From a virus, in IMG/VR virus record IMGVR_UViG_3300025168_000053, positions 16,262-80,261 of that record: 64,000 nt of DNA; one strand, given 5' to 3'. Shown piece by piece: positions 29,621 through 38,058 of this stretch (positions within the stretch are counted from its first letter, which is position 1; each line of letters opens with the position of its first letter). A program made the position numbers and the translations under genes. The notes under the pieces are model-generated. The model worked only from the letters and a program-made list of their open reading frames with translations, was not told the origin of the DNA and ran no database searches.

Positions 29621-29765
29621 TGTTTTTCACCACAGGTTTTGGCTTGCGCCAGATAAATTGACACAAAGGACATTCCCATAAAAAGATTCTATCTCGACTC
29701 CCCGCATAAAACCCGTTTATACGAATTGCCAAAACATCGGTATCGCAACTCGAACAGGTTTGCAT
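29610..29765 (-). CDS. 51 aa Zn-ribbon protein
   Basis: MQTCSSC..FLWECPLCQFIWR translated by hand; fills the gap between neighbours. Confidence 0.6.
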   Translation of the reverse strand: MQTCSSCDTDVLAIRINGFYAGSRDRIFLWECPLCQFIWRKPKPVVKNNDV

Positions 29766-29785
29766 TACCCGATCACGATACTCTT

Positions 29786-30430
29786 TCATTCCTCTTCCGA
29801 CCCTAATTTGATTCTTTTGTGCTTGCCGTTTTCATCCTTTACATTCAGGGATTTATGTTTGATCATTCGATAAGTCAATTGAGATACCCATTTTAATTCA
29901 CTTCTCAACTTTTTGACAATGTTTCTTTTTGAACCATTGAACCAATCGGTTATGATTTTTAATTTGTTAAATTGAAACACATGAGATATTCTTGATGCGT
30001 CTTCACAGGCGTTCCAAAAGGCTAAATTGAATAATTTATACCTTTTTCCTGTCACGTCTGTTATCATTTTCGATAAATCAATTGGGTTTGGATTGCCCCA
30101 GACATGAGCCGATTCACTGGGTCGGCAATTAGCATCAAGCAATTTTATTGTGAACTCTAAATCATAACCACATAGAGTCATTCCTTCAATAAATGATGGC
30201 AACTCGCTGAAAGGATGCGACTTTACTCTTTGTTCTTGAATGACAAATTGTTGTTCGGTGATGTCTTGAAACACATGGAAATAATCGCTTTTGTGAACCA
30301 TCACCATGTCAAGAGAGAACTTAGATGGATCGGAATATCCTGTTTCTAATTCGGCTGCTTCTGTTGATGAGAAAATGGCGATTGGGAGTATGTTGTTTTC
30401 TGTTAAGAACTTCTCAACTTTACGCTTCAT
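29786..30430 (-). CDS. Degenerate RNase H-fold / 3'-5' exonuclease-like protein
   Basis: LCGYDL..IDL..TGKRYKL..LA pattern resembles YprB/DEDD-type domains; catalytic acids not evident. Confidence 0.4.
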   Translation of the reverse strand: MKRKVEKFLTENNILPIAIFSSTEAAELETGYSDPSKFSLDMVMVHKSDYFHVFQDITEQQFVIQEQRVKSHPFSELPSFIEGMTLCGYDLEFTIKLLDANCRPSESAHVWGNPNPIDLSKMITDVTGKRYKLFNLAFWNACEDASRISHVFQFNKLKIITDWFNGSKRNIVKKLRSELKWVSQLTYRMIKHKSLNVKDENGKHKRIKLGSEEE

Positions 30431-30434
30431 GTCA

Positions 30435-31886
30435 TCACCAATTCATTGCTATGAAAGCATTTCGACCATCCATGAGCCTGTCAGCATCAGGGGATTCAGT
30501 CAATTTCTTCAACCTTCTTTCAGCCGTCTTTTTGCTTACACCTTGATTGACGGCATAAACACTTTCCAATTCCTTCTTCGCAACGCATTCACGCTTTGAA
30601 CGTGAATGTGCCAACTTCTTGCATTTGTTGTATGCAATTTTCCATTCGTGGAGGCTTGCATCACGCTTTTTCTTTGCTTTGAAATCCTGTTTCTGTTCGA
30701 GCCAGATAACCAGGTTGTGCAAGTTGTCATAGATAATTTCAGTTGCCATCATTATGTGGTCGGCTGTGATCACTGTCGAACCCATGATGGTTGCGATAAT
30801 GTTTCCAAATGTGATTGTGTAGTTCTCTATGTTTGGAATGAAAGATGTAGCAGTTTCTTTGACGTTTGGATCGTGTATTTGATTGACTAATTCATAATAG
30901 TCGGTGGTCGCATTGAGCAACGCTGCGTGGTATGATTCATCAACTGTAAATATGTCATAACAATGACGATTGGCAATCATATCTCTATCATAATCCTCCA
31001 ACTCATCCCATTCTTCAAGGGTCATTTTAGCCGCTTTCAATAAACGTGTTCGCACATCATCCCTTCTTTCGAGGATAAATGCGGCAAGTGCATCATACCC
31101 CCATACCTTCTCAGGAACGGGAACATAAGTGCCTTGAAGTCGGTGTTCGCTGGTGGTTTGACGCAATTCATTGCTTACGTCATTTTGATATAGGAATACA
31201 CGCTGGAAGAATCCCTTTTCCAATACGTGGTGCATGATGTCCTTTGGAGGGAATGTCGTCGCCCAAATTGATACACCAGAAGTCACTTGAATATCAGCAC
31301 CTTTCAAAACCTTAGCCAAATTGTTTGTCGCCGATCCTATGGGGGCCATCGCCTCTTGAAGATACAGAATCTTTTCCGAGAAGTATGACTTTTTATCATC
31401 AAGCAAAACACTTGCTTCATCGAATAGAAGGGTCTTGTAGCCGTTAAGCAAACCTTTGGTGACGACATACTTCATTTTCCCTGTTGGCTTTCCCGCTTCA
31501 TCATACTCAGGTTCAGCATCAACGTGACCTAAAAGCCCTGCATCCGAACCAGATGTGAACTTAGCACTTTCAACCTCGCAAGCGTCAAGCAATTGCTTGG
31601 TGAACTCATAGGCTGCTGATTTACCAGTTCTTGATTGTTGAATCCAATAGACGTGAACCCTGGTGTCGAGATGAGTTCCGTGAATTGGAACTCGAACATA
31701 AGGAGAGATAACTTGGCCGACTACATAGAACAAAGAGAGCATACCTGCGAACTCATTGAAGAAAGAAACAGTGTTGAATCTCTCAATGTATTCTTTGATG
31801 TATTTGCTTCCTTCGTATGGTGTCTTGACGAGCGAGTAGTCAAACCATTTGCGATCTCCTGAGTCCGATGTGGGTTTCAATATCAT
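30435..31886 (-). CDS. MCM-like AAA+ replicative helicase
   Basis: Walker A QSRTGKS, SGSDAGLLG, Walker B LLFDE, GFFQR; GGAGG SD before ATG 31886. Confidence 0.75.
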   Translation of the reverse strand: MILKPTSDSGDRKWFDYSLVKTPYEGSKYIKEYIERFNTVSFFNEFAGMLSLFYVVGQVISPYVRVPIHGTHLDTRVHVYWIQQSRTGKSAAYEFTKQLLDACEVESAKFTSGSDAGLLGHVDAEPEYDEAGKPTGKMKYVVTKGLLNGYKTLLFDEASVLLDDKKSYFSEKILYLQEAMAPIGSATNNLAKVLKGADIQVTSGVSIWATTFPPKDIMHHVLEKGFFQRVFLYQNDVSNELRQTTSEHRLQGTYVPVPEKVWGYDALAAFILERRDDVRTRLLKAAKMTLEEWDELEDYDRDMIANRHCYDIFTVDESYHAALLNATTDYYELVNQIHDPNVKETATSFIPNIENYTITFGNIIATIMGSTVITADHIMMATEIIYDNLHNLVIWLEQKQDFKAKKKRDASLHEWKIAYNKCKKLAHSRSKRECVAKKELESVYAVNQGVSKKTAERRLKKLTESPDADRLMDGRNAFIAMNW

Positions 31887-31919
31887 GTTGTTTCCTCCTG
31901 TTGTTCTTTGGGCATCCCT

Positions 31920-31944
31920 ATCCACCGTAAGTAGGGTATATGAA
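31920..31944 (-). promoter_or_regulatory. Conserved promoter motif TTSATATACCCT-N7-GTGGAT (copy 1)
   Basis: TTCATATACCCT ACTTACG GTGGAT, intergenic, upstream of the helicase. Confidence 0.7.
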
Positions 31945-31955
31945 GCCTCACTAAA

Positions 31956-32666
31956 TCAAGCCCTCGACATCTTCACTTTCTCTTGAGCAATTGGTTCTTC
32001 ACTGTTGAAAGATGCAAGGATTCTCTTTGCTCTTACCTTGCCAATCCCTTCAACCATTTGAAGTTCCTTTTCAGTAAGAGATGAGATTTCAATAACTGAT
32101 CCGTATTGTTCGAGTAAGCGTTTGGCGATGGCTACGCTGCAACCAGCACCCTGCAAAATATCAATCCTCATATCCTCAGTAGCGGTTTTTCTAAGCAATT
32201 TGTATGTTGATGATGACCCAAGCGTTCCATGCTTCTCAAAACGCTTACAGATGAAACGTGCTGCTGTGGATTTATCAGGGAAAATTAAAATCGAAACGTC
32301 AAAGTCGGTGTGATAGCGAGCAAGCGAGCCAGTGAATGATGCAAATGCGGTTGGGTATCGAATCTTTCTTCCTCTCTTAACCGATTTAGCAACATACTGA
32401 TCGAGCGTTCCATGAATCAAAAGAACTGGATTTGTATAATTGTCCTCAAGATTTTGCAGTTGTCTTTCGAGATGACCAGAATACATACTGCTCATGTAGT
32501 CCTCAATTGATTTAGCCTCTATTCCCACATCAGCAAACGAATAATCCGTGATGATTGTTTGTCGAACTTCATATTTGAGTTTCTTCTTATCACAATACTT
32601 GATGACAAGACCTTCCAAGCCTGAACGCTCTCGATTGTCAATGAAGAGTATTCTTTCAGTTGCCAT
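31956..32666 (-). CDS. XPF/ERCC4 (Hef-like) structure-specific nuclease with HhH motifs
   Basis: IDNRE, DY, IEAKSIEDY..S..GHLERQL, VEGIGKVRAKRI. Confidence 0.9.
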   Translation of the reverse strand: MATERILFIDNRERSGLEGLVIKYCDKKKLKYEVRQTIITDYSFADVGIEAKSIEDYMSSMYSGHLERQLQNLEDNYTNPVLLIHGTLDQYVAKSVKRGRKIRYPTAFASFTGSLARYHTDFDVSILIFPDKSTAARFICKRFEKHGTLGSSSTYKLLRKTATEDMRIDILQGAGCSVAIAKRLLEQYGSVIEISSLTEKELQMVEGIGKVRAKRILASFNSEEPIAQEKVKMSRA

Positions 32667-32910
32667 CGCCAACCACCTGTTGTGCGAGAGTTATACTGTT
32701 CAACATATCCACGACCAAGTTCGCCCAATTTGGGTCTTGAGTTATCGCAACCATGTTTTCTTTTTGGCATATTTCAAAGAAGCCAGATTGATTGTTTCGA
32801 CGGAATGACCAGTCTAACACTTCTGGCGGTGCTTCACCCTTATGGTGTGCTTGTAGCATTTCTTCGGCTTTCTTTCTTCGGATTTCTTCTAATTCTTGTT
32901 CTTCTGTCAT
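32656..32910 (-). CDS. Small hypothetical protein
   Basis: Coupled ORF; ELEEIRRKKAEE N-terminal helix. Confidence 0.6.
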   Translation of the reverse strand: MTEEQELEEIRRKKAEEMLQAHHKGEAPPEVLDWSFRRNNQSGFFEICQKENMVAITQDPNWANLVVDMLNSITLAQQVVGDGN

Positions 32911-34007
32911 GCGGTTGCCCCCTTTTCATCATAATACGGACACTTGCCAACGCACAATCCCTCATGGTAAATCGTGGGGCAAGTTGGAGTCAAATAATAC
33001 CGATCAACACCATGTTGGAGGTATTTTGAGGTTTCTTTTGGGCTATAATCCGACCATTCTAAAGAACGTATGAATGCGTGAGTCAATGTCAAGACCTCGC
33101 TATTGGGAACTATGGCCTCTCTCGCAGGTCTGGCGAAGTTCCTGAAATAGTCCATTAGATACATCATCAAGTAAGATCGTGGCTTGTGTGGAGGGTTGCT
33201 GCCCTTCTCACAGGCTGCTTGAGCCAAACAGGGAAGCATTGGAATGTTATTGATTCTTTGAATATCAACTTCTAAATCCTCCATCTCAAATGTTCTTGTT
33301 TCGCTGTTATATCTCCCTTTGAACATATCCACAGAATCACGTTCAACAATTTCAAGTTGCATTCCTCGGCCATCATAGAGGTGCATACCAGGGAGGGGGT
33401 TGTCGGCTTTCTCAACGATAAAATCCCAACCTTGTTCTAAATCCTCATGTTGAATTGGGATGCCCCAGATTTGACGTTTGAAATTGTATGTGTTTGGAAT
33501 GCGTATGTGCCTGTCTGGTCGAAACGATACCACAGGATCAAGAGTTTTCATATTGTATTGCTTGACCCATTCATTGATTTTCATTCGGCCTGAGAATAGC
33601 AAGTCGGCCATCTTATCAGGTGGCAAGACATACTCCCTGTCAAGTTTAGTCCAAATGTGGAATCCTCCGCCAGTGAACCAAATAGCGTGGCGATAGCCTT
33701 TTCTTTTGAAATGTTTTGAAAGAGTCAAAACCTCATCACAGCACTTTTCCTTTGCGACTTTCTCATCCAGTCCGTGAACTCGAACACCTTGATCGGCATC
33801 GAAGTCCATAACAAAGTGAGGGATAATCGCCGTGTTGTATTCACATCGGTTTCCTTTAGGCTTCAACGCTCTAAATCCATACACAGTCGTTGTAAGGTTT
33901 CCCTTGCCGTTGGTGGTGTTGATGTAGTGCTGCAACTGTTTTTCGGTGGAGATAACCTTTCGAGTCCTCATGTCAATTTCACGTGGGAAATGATTGAATA
34001 GAGCCAT
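32907..34007 (-). CDS. Archaeo-eukaryotic primase, PriS-PriL fusion
   Basis: VMDFD, FTGGGFHIW and RHIRIPNT catalytic motifs; C-terminal LPCL..PTC..GLCVGKC Fe-S-type Cys cluster. Confidence 0.85.
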   Translation of the reverse strand: MALFNHFPREIDMRTRKVISTEKQLQHYINTTNGKGNLTTTVYGFRALKPKGNRCEYNTAIIPHFVMDFDADQGVRVHGLDEKVAKEKCCDEVLTLSKHFKRKGYRHAIWFTGGGFHIWTKLDREYVLPPDKMADLLFSGRMKINEWVKQYNMKTLDPVVSFRPDRHIRIPNTYNFKRQIWGIPIQHEDLEQGWDFIVEKADNPLPGMHLYDGRGMQLEIVERDSVDMFKGRYNSETRTFEMEDLEVDIQRINNIPMLPCLAQAACEKGSNPPHKPRSYLMMYLMDYFRNFARPAREAIVPNSEVLTLTHAFIRSLEWSDYSPKETSKYLQHGVDRYYLTPTCPTIYHEGLCVGKCPYYDEKGATA

Positions 34008-34011
34008 ATAA

Positions 34012-35106
34012 TCACCATAATTTCATCTGTTTAGTTGCTTTGGGATTATCCCGATTTGAAAGGTCTATTGAATCCAACATATCAATCCTCTCTCCGATCC
34101 ATCGCATGACTGGAACGGCCATGCTATTGCCTAATGCTTTGTATCTATGAGTGTCTGGGCATTCTTCAACAGTTTTTCCTTTCCATGCAATCTGTGTGTA
34201 GTTGTCAGGGAAGCCCTGCAATCGCTCGCATTCCATCGGCGTGAGGCGGCGAACCAAAACCTCTTGCATAACCGCAGGTGCGCCATGCCCGCCAGCCGTT
34301 CTTAATGGGCAATGCACATCGCCAGTAAGTTCTTGGTTGTATAAATCAACACCAGTTCCCTTTTGCACAACCAATGCCTCATGCTCAACTCTTTCGTTTC
34401 CAGTCCGTGAATACGGTGGACCAGAACTCGTCATTGTTGGTCCGACTTTTTCACAATGAACTATTCCTCTTCGCTGAGGTAATCCCCTGCTCTCATCTCC
34501 AACGCTTCCCTGAGAGAAGAGGGTAGCACCTTTTCTCTTCGATCTGCTCTTTTTAAGATCCCTGCTGATGCTCGACTTGTCAAATAAAATCGCTGCGGCA
34601 CTTCGCCAATCTCCATCAGCACATCCGACAACAAAGACTCTTCGCCTTCGTTGGGGAACTCCGAAGTATTGAGCGTCAAGAACTCGGTATGCGAACCCAT
34701 ACCCGAGTTTCGCCACTTCTCCGAGGAAGGAGGCGAAATCTTCCCCTTCGTTTGAAGACAATAAACCTGGCACGTTTTCATAAATGAACCACCTCGGTTG
34801 AATGTTCCTAACAATTCGGAGATAGTGAAGGGCGAGGTTGCCACGTGGATCATCCATTCCAAGTCGCTTTCCAGCATGGGAGAAAGACTGGCAGGGGCTT
34901 CCTCCGACAATGAGTTCGCATTTTCCTTTGTATTGAGTCCAGTCATGTTTCAACACATCCCCCGCATTTGGAACTTCTGGATAATGATGCTTGAGAACGG
35001 CTGATGGGAACTCATCGAAATCAGCGAAAGCGACTGGTTGCCAGTTGAGGTCTTTCCATCCAACAGAACAGGCTTCGATTCCACTAAACAGGCTGATATA
35101 TCGCAC
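34012..35106 (-). CDS. C5-cytosine DNA methyltransferase
   Basis: SLFSGI, GGSPCQSFS, ENVPG, QRRRRVF, RRLTPMECERLQGFP, KALGNS. Confidence 0.95.
   Translation of the reverse strand: MRYISLFSGIEACSVGWKDLNWQPVAFADFDEFPSAVLKHHYPEVPNAGDVLKHDWTQYKGKCELIVGGSPCQSFSHAGKRLGMDDPRGNLALHYLRIVRNIQPRWFIYENVPGLLSSNEGEDFASFLGEVAKLGYGFAYRVLDAQYFGVPQRRRRVFVVGCADGDWRSAAAILFDKSSISRDLKKSRSKRKGATLFSQGSVGDESRGLPQRRGIVHCEKVGPTMTSSGPPYSRTGNERVEHEALVVQKGTGVDLYNQELTGDVHCPLRTAGGHGAPAVMQEVLVRRLTPMECERLQGFPDNYTQIAWKGKTVEECPDTHRYKALGNSMAVPVMRWIGERIDMLDSIDLSNRDNPKATKQMKLW
34461..34946 (-). CDS. Nested alternative-frame ORF resembling the beta polypeptide of M.EcoHK31I-type methyltransferases
   Basis: 161 aa same-strand ORF inside the MTase, ending SLLSDVLM..VPQRFYLTSRASAGILKRADRREKVLPSSLREAL. 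Confidence 0.55.
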   Translation of the reverse strand: MTGLNTKENANSLSEEAPASLSPMLESDLEWMIHVATSPFTISELLGTFNRGGSFMKTCQVYCLQTKGKISPPSSEKWRNSGMGSHTEFLTLNTSEFPNEGEESLLSDVLMEIGEVPQRFYLTSRASAGILKRADRREKVLPSSLREALEMRAGDYLSEEE

Positions 35107-35107
35107 A

Positions 35108-36127
35108 TCAATTCCCCTCCGATTTTGCCCTCATTTCATGGGGCATCATGTGACGTTCATATTTAGGACAGAAACCTTTGACTCCACACCAGGGCTGGCA
35201 AAAATACCTTTCAGCACCAACTGGCTTTGTAGCAAAGTGCTTTCCATTCAAATCTCCTTTGTAGCGGAGATGTGCTGAAACAAGTGCTTTGAGATCGGTG
35301 AGCATATCGGCAACAATACCTGCCTTGACAGGTTCAATAAAGCGGTATATCTCATTAGGAGAGCCTTCGATGCCCTTTGTATGATCCCAACCCCAATAGC
35401 GGATATTCACGCCACCATGATTCGGTTGCTGCGATTTACTGAGCATATACACATAGAAAGCCATTTCTTTTGCCATGCTTTCATACTTGGTTTTCTTGTC
35501 TTTCCATAGTCCTGTTTTCAATTCGTGAACGTGATAGTCGCCGTTATCATCCATGAACAGGCGGTCAATGAATCCGTTTAAGTGAACCTGAACCTTTGTT
35601 CCGTTAATATCGAGTTCAACGATTGCATCAACGCCAAGTTCGTTTCCAACTGGTAAAAACGCATTTGGGTTTGAACCCATGAACCGCTTTGCTTCGGACT
35701 CCATCAATCGAGATAGGTGTTCAGGCTCGCCCAAATGATAATCTTCGCCTGTCGGCAAAGCGTATTCATCATCCCATCCTTTCTTGAGTCGTTCAAGAGG
35801 GATTAAAGATTCAAAATATCCTCTTACACCATCATAGCCATGTTCATTTTTCATCTGTGTTGCGTATTCAACATCAAGGCTACGATCCATAATGAACTCG
35901 TATGCGTCATGCACGTTTGTTCCTCGAATCATGTTATCGTTTTCAGGTTCTTTGACTCCAAGCACATATTTGATGAAATACTGTTGCTCGCAGGTTTGAA
36001 ATGTTCCAAGTGATGATTTACTCACACGGAGTATTTTATCATCGGCCATCTCAGGATGCCATGCGTATGTTGAATACAAATCTCCGCTTACGGGAACTGG
36101 TCTTGGTTGAGGCGGTCTAATTTTCAT
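35108..36127 (-). CDS. PD-(D/E)XK RecB/Cas4-like exonuclease
   Basis: SKSSLGTFQTCEQQY, GTNVH, GFIDRL, HELKTG, C-terminal CQPWC..FCP. Confidence 0.85.
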   Translation of the reverse strand: MKIRPPQPRPVPVSGDLYSTYAWHPEMADDKILRVSKSSLGTFQTCEQQYFIKYVLGVKEPENDNMIRGTNVHDAYEFIMDRSLDVEYATQMKNEHGYDGVRGYFESLIPLERLKKGWDDEYALPTGEDYHLGEPEHLSRLMESEAKRFMGSNPNAFLPVGNELGVDAIVELDINGTKVQVHLNGFIDRLFMDDNGDYHVHELKTGLWKDKKTKYESMAKEMAFYVYMLSKSQQPNHGGVNIRYWGWDHTKGIEGSPNEIYRFIEPVKAGIVADMLTDLKALVSAHLRYKGDLNGKHFATKPVGAERYFCQPWCGVKGFCPKYERHMMPHEMRAKSEGN

Positions 36128-36681
36128 TTATCCCCCTCCTGAAAAAGAGTCGTTTGTTTTGCCGATGGGTAATTTGCTTTATCGCCTTTCACTTCAAGTG
36201 TCACGATTGTATCATTATGGTTGCCACCGTGACATACAAGCAATATGCGCTCTATTTTGAAATCGAGTGTCAAACCAATACCGCAGGTATTCCATCCAAA
36301 TGATATGACTTTTCCACCAGGTCTTACTATTCTGGCTATTTCTTTTTTCCAATTCGACCAAACCGAACTTTTTGTATCATGGAGAGGGATTCCTATTTTA
36401 TCATACACCTCCTTAATTTGACGTGGGGAATAGGGAGGATCAAAAAGAACTCCGTCAAGGGAATCATTCTCAAAAGTTTTCAAAAAGTCCAATGCTTCCA
36501 AATTAGATTGGGCTTTGGTGTTGGGATTAAGATCGTTTGTGTATTTCGCCAAATCTGTATTCCTTGCGAATGGATCAGCCCATTCCTCCCCTTTGATTTC
36601 TTCCTCCAAAAACAATTTTATTGGTTGGATTGAAAATGTAAGTGCATTTGGCATTGACCATGATCTATCAATTTTCATCAA
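36124..36681 (-). CDS. Small amino (N6A/N4C) DNA methyltransferase
   Basis: DPFAR (motif I-like) and FDPPYS. Confidence 0.8.
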   Translation of the reverse strand: MMKIDRSWSMPNALTFSIQPIKLFLEEEIKGEEWADPFARNTDLAKYTNDLNPNTKAQSNLEALDFLKTFENDSLDGVLFDPPYSPRQIKEVYDKIGIPLHDTKSSVWSNWKKEIARIVRPGGKVISFGWNTCGIGLTLDFKIERILLVCHGGNHNDTIVTLEVKGDKANYPSAKQTTLFQEGDK

Positions 36682-37696
36682 AAGACCCCCCTACAATATC
36701 ACAGGTGATGTCCTCTTCTGGCTCAAGCAATACTTCGCAAGCGGTTGGTTCTTCATCAATGAACTTCTCATCAATACGTTCTATCGCATCATCGCTGTCA
36801 AAATCCTCTAACTTCATTTGACCGAGAGCAGTAAAAGAAACCGCTTTGCATGATTTACAATCGAACTTTCCTTTCTTTGATGGGGGTTTGTAGCCTTTCT
36901 TGAATCGTTCTTCCAATTCTTCAAGCAAATAACCATCCTTTCCAGGCTTCATGGATCGGAGGCCATGATTGCTCACTTTTACGCTCTCCTTATCCCAGTG
37001 CTTGGCTATCTCCCAAAAATCAGGATAGCCACGCCATAGATTCCACCATGATTCAAGCGGTTGCTTGATGCAATGGAAGCATCCTAAGCGGTCAAAGTGA
37101 ACGTAAAGTTCGTTCACCATTTCGAGTCCATCAAGGTATTCAATGCAATCCTTCTCAGTCCATCCCCATTCAACCAATGGGTATCTGTTCTTGGCGTTGC
37201 GTGGATCATCCTCTTTTCCGACACGGTGCGCTTCATCAGCAGCGATTCCAATGTATGCAAAATCCGCTTCCTTAGCGACTTTCTGTAAAGGCTGAACCTT
37301 TGCTTCTCTCGCCCAGTAGCAAGGATATGCTCGAAGAGGTGCGCCACGTTGTTTTCCTTTGTTGTTGCCCCTTTTCATCACGCCATAGAACCATTCATCC
37401 CAGGTCTTAGGCGAGCCGACCATCTCAAGTTCAAGGTTCTTTTCAGGATATTTCATGTTAATATATTTCATGACCTCTTTCATGTAGTCAAGCAATTCGG
37501 GGAACTCAAATCCTGTATCGGCAAAGACAATTCGATTGACGGGCATATCGGGGTCGTTCAATTCCAACATACGCAGCAACATAGCGGTGCTATCCTTACC
37601 GCCTGAAAAACAAACCAAACCGATCTTCTCATCCATAATATCAATCATCCGTGTATGTCTTAACGACCACATCATATTCAAGTTTGGCTTCATCAA
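36668..37696 (-). CDS. PAPS reductase-family (PP-loop) protein
   Basis: FSGGKDS, FADTGFEFPE, YIGIAADE..R, RYPL, RLGCFHC; true start probably 37648 or 37636. Confidence 0.85.
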   Translation of the reverse strand: MMKPNLNMMWSLRHTRMIDIMDEKIGLVCFSGGKDSTAMLLRMLELNDPDMPVNRIVFADTGFEFPELLDYMKEVMKYINMKYPEKNLELEMVGSPKTWDEWFYGVMKRGNNKGKQRGAPLRAYPCYWAREAKVQPLQKVAKEADFAYIGIAADEAHRVGKEDDPRNAKNRYPLVEWGWTEKDCIEYLDGLEMVNELYVHFDRLGCFHCIKQPLESWWNLWRGYPDFWEIAKHWDKESVKVSNHGLRSMKPGKDGYLLEELEERFKKGYKPPSKKGKFDCKSCKAVSFTALGQMKLEDFDSDDAIERIDEKFIDEEPTACEVLLEPEEDITCDIVGGSFDEN

Positions 37697-37967
37697 GACG
37701 TTTCTTAACGTGTTTCACAGCATCCTCTCTTGAGATTTCGTCGCTATGTCGTAGCGACCAGTCTAAGAACCAATCATAGCCCTTAGCACCATATCCTGTA
37801 TCGAAAGAGATTTTGTGGTCATCAATCAACTGGCCTCGGACACGAAACGCATCTTCCATGTCGCCAGATGTGATGGTAATTTGGCAACCTATTTTGACAG
37901 AAACCATCACTTCTTCACCCCAAGTAAAAGCAATCTCGCAACATCCGATTGGCCGCATTGATAGCAA
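37641..37967 (-). CDS. Hypothetical protein
   Basis: Fills the gap in the operon; start likely 37907. Confidence 0.5.
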   Translation of the reverse strand: MLSMRPIGCCEIAFTWGEEVMVSVKIGCQITITSGDMEDAFRVRGQLIDDHKISFDTGYGAKGYDWFLDWSLRHSDEISREDAVKHVKKRLDEAKLEYDVVVKTYTDD

Positions 37968-38058
37968 TAAACAGATACAGTCAATCCCTTATTGGGATCG
38001 GACTTGACATCAGGCAATGCTCGCCATTGATGCTTGCAGGTTTGATCCCCGCTTAGAA

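Noticed and set aside
32656-32910. PDCD5/phosducin-like chaperonin cofactor, from ELEEIRRKKAEE
   Set aside because: Similarity limited to one low-complexity charged helix
35108-36127. Cas4 as part of a CRISPR system
   Set aside because: Stand-alone PD-(D/E)XK nuclease in a replication/recombination block, which is common in archaeal viruses
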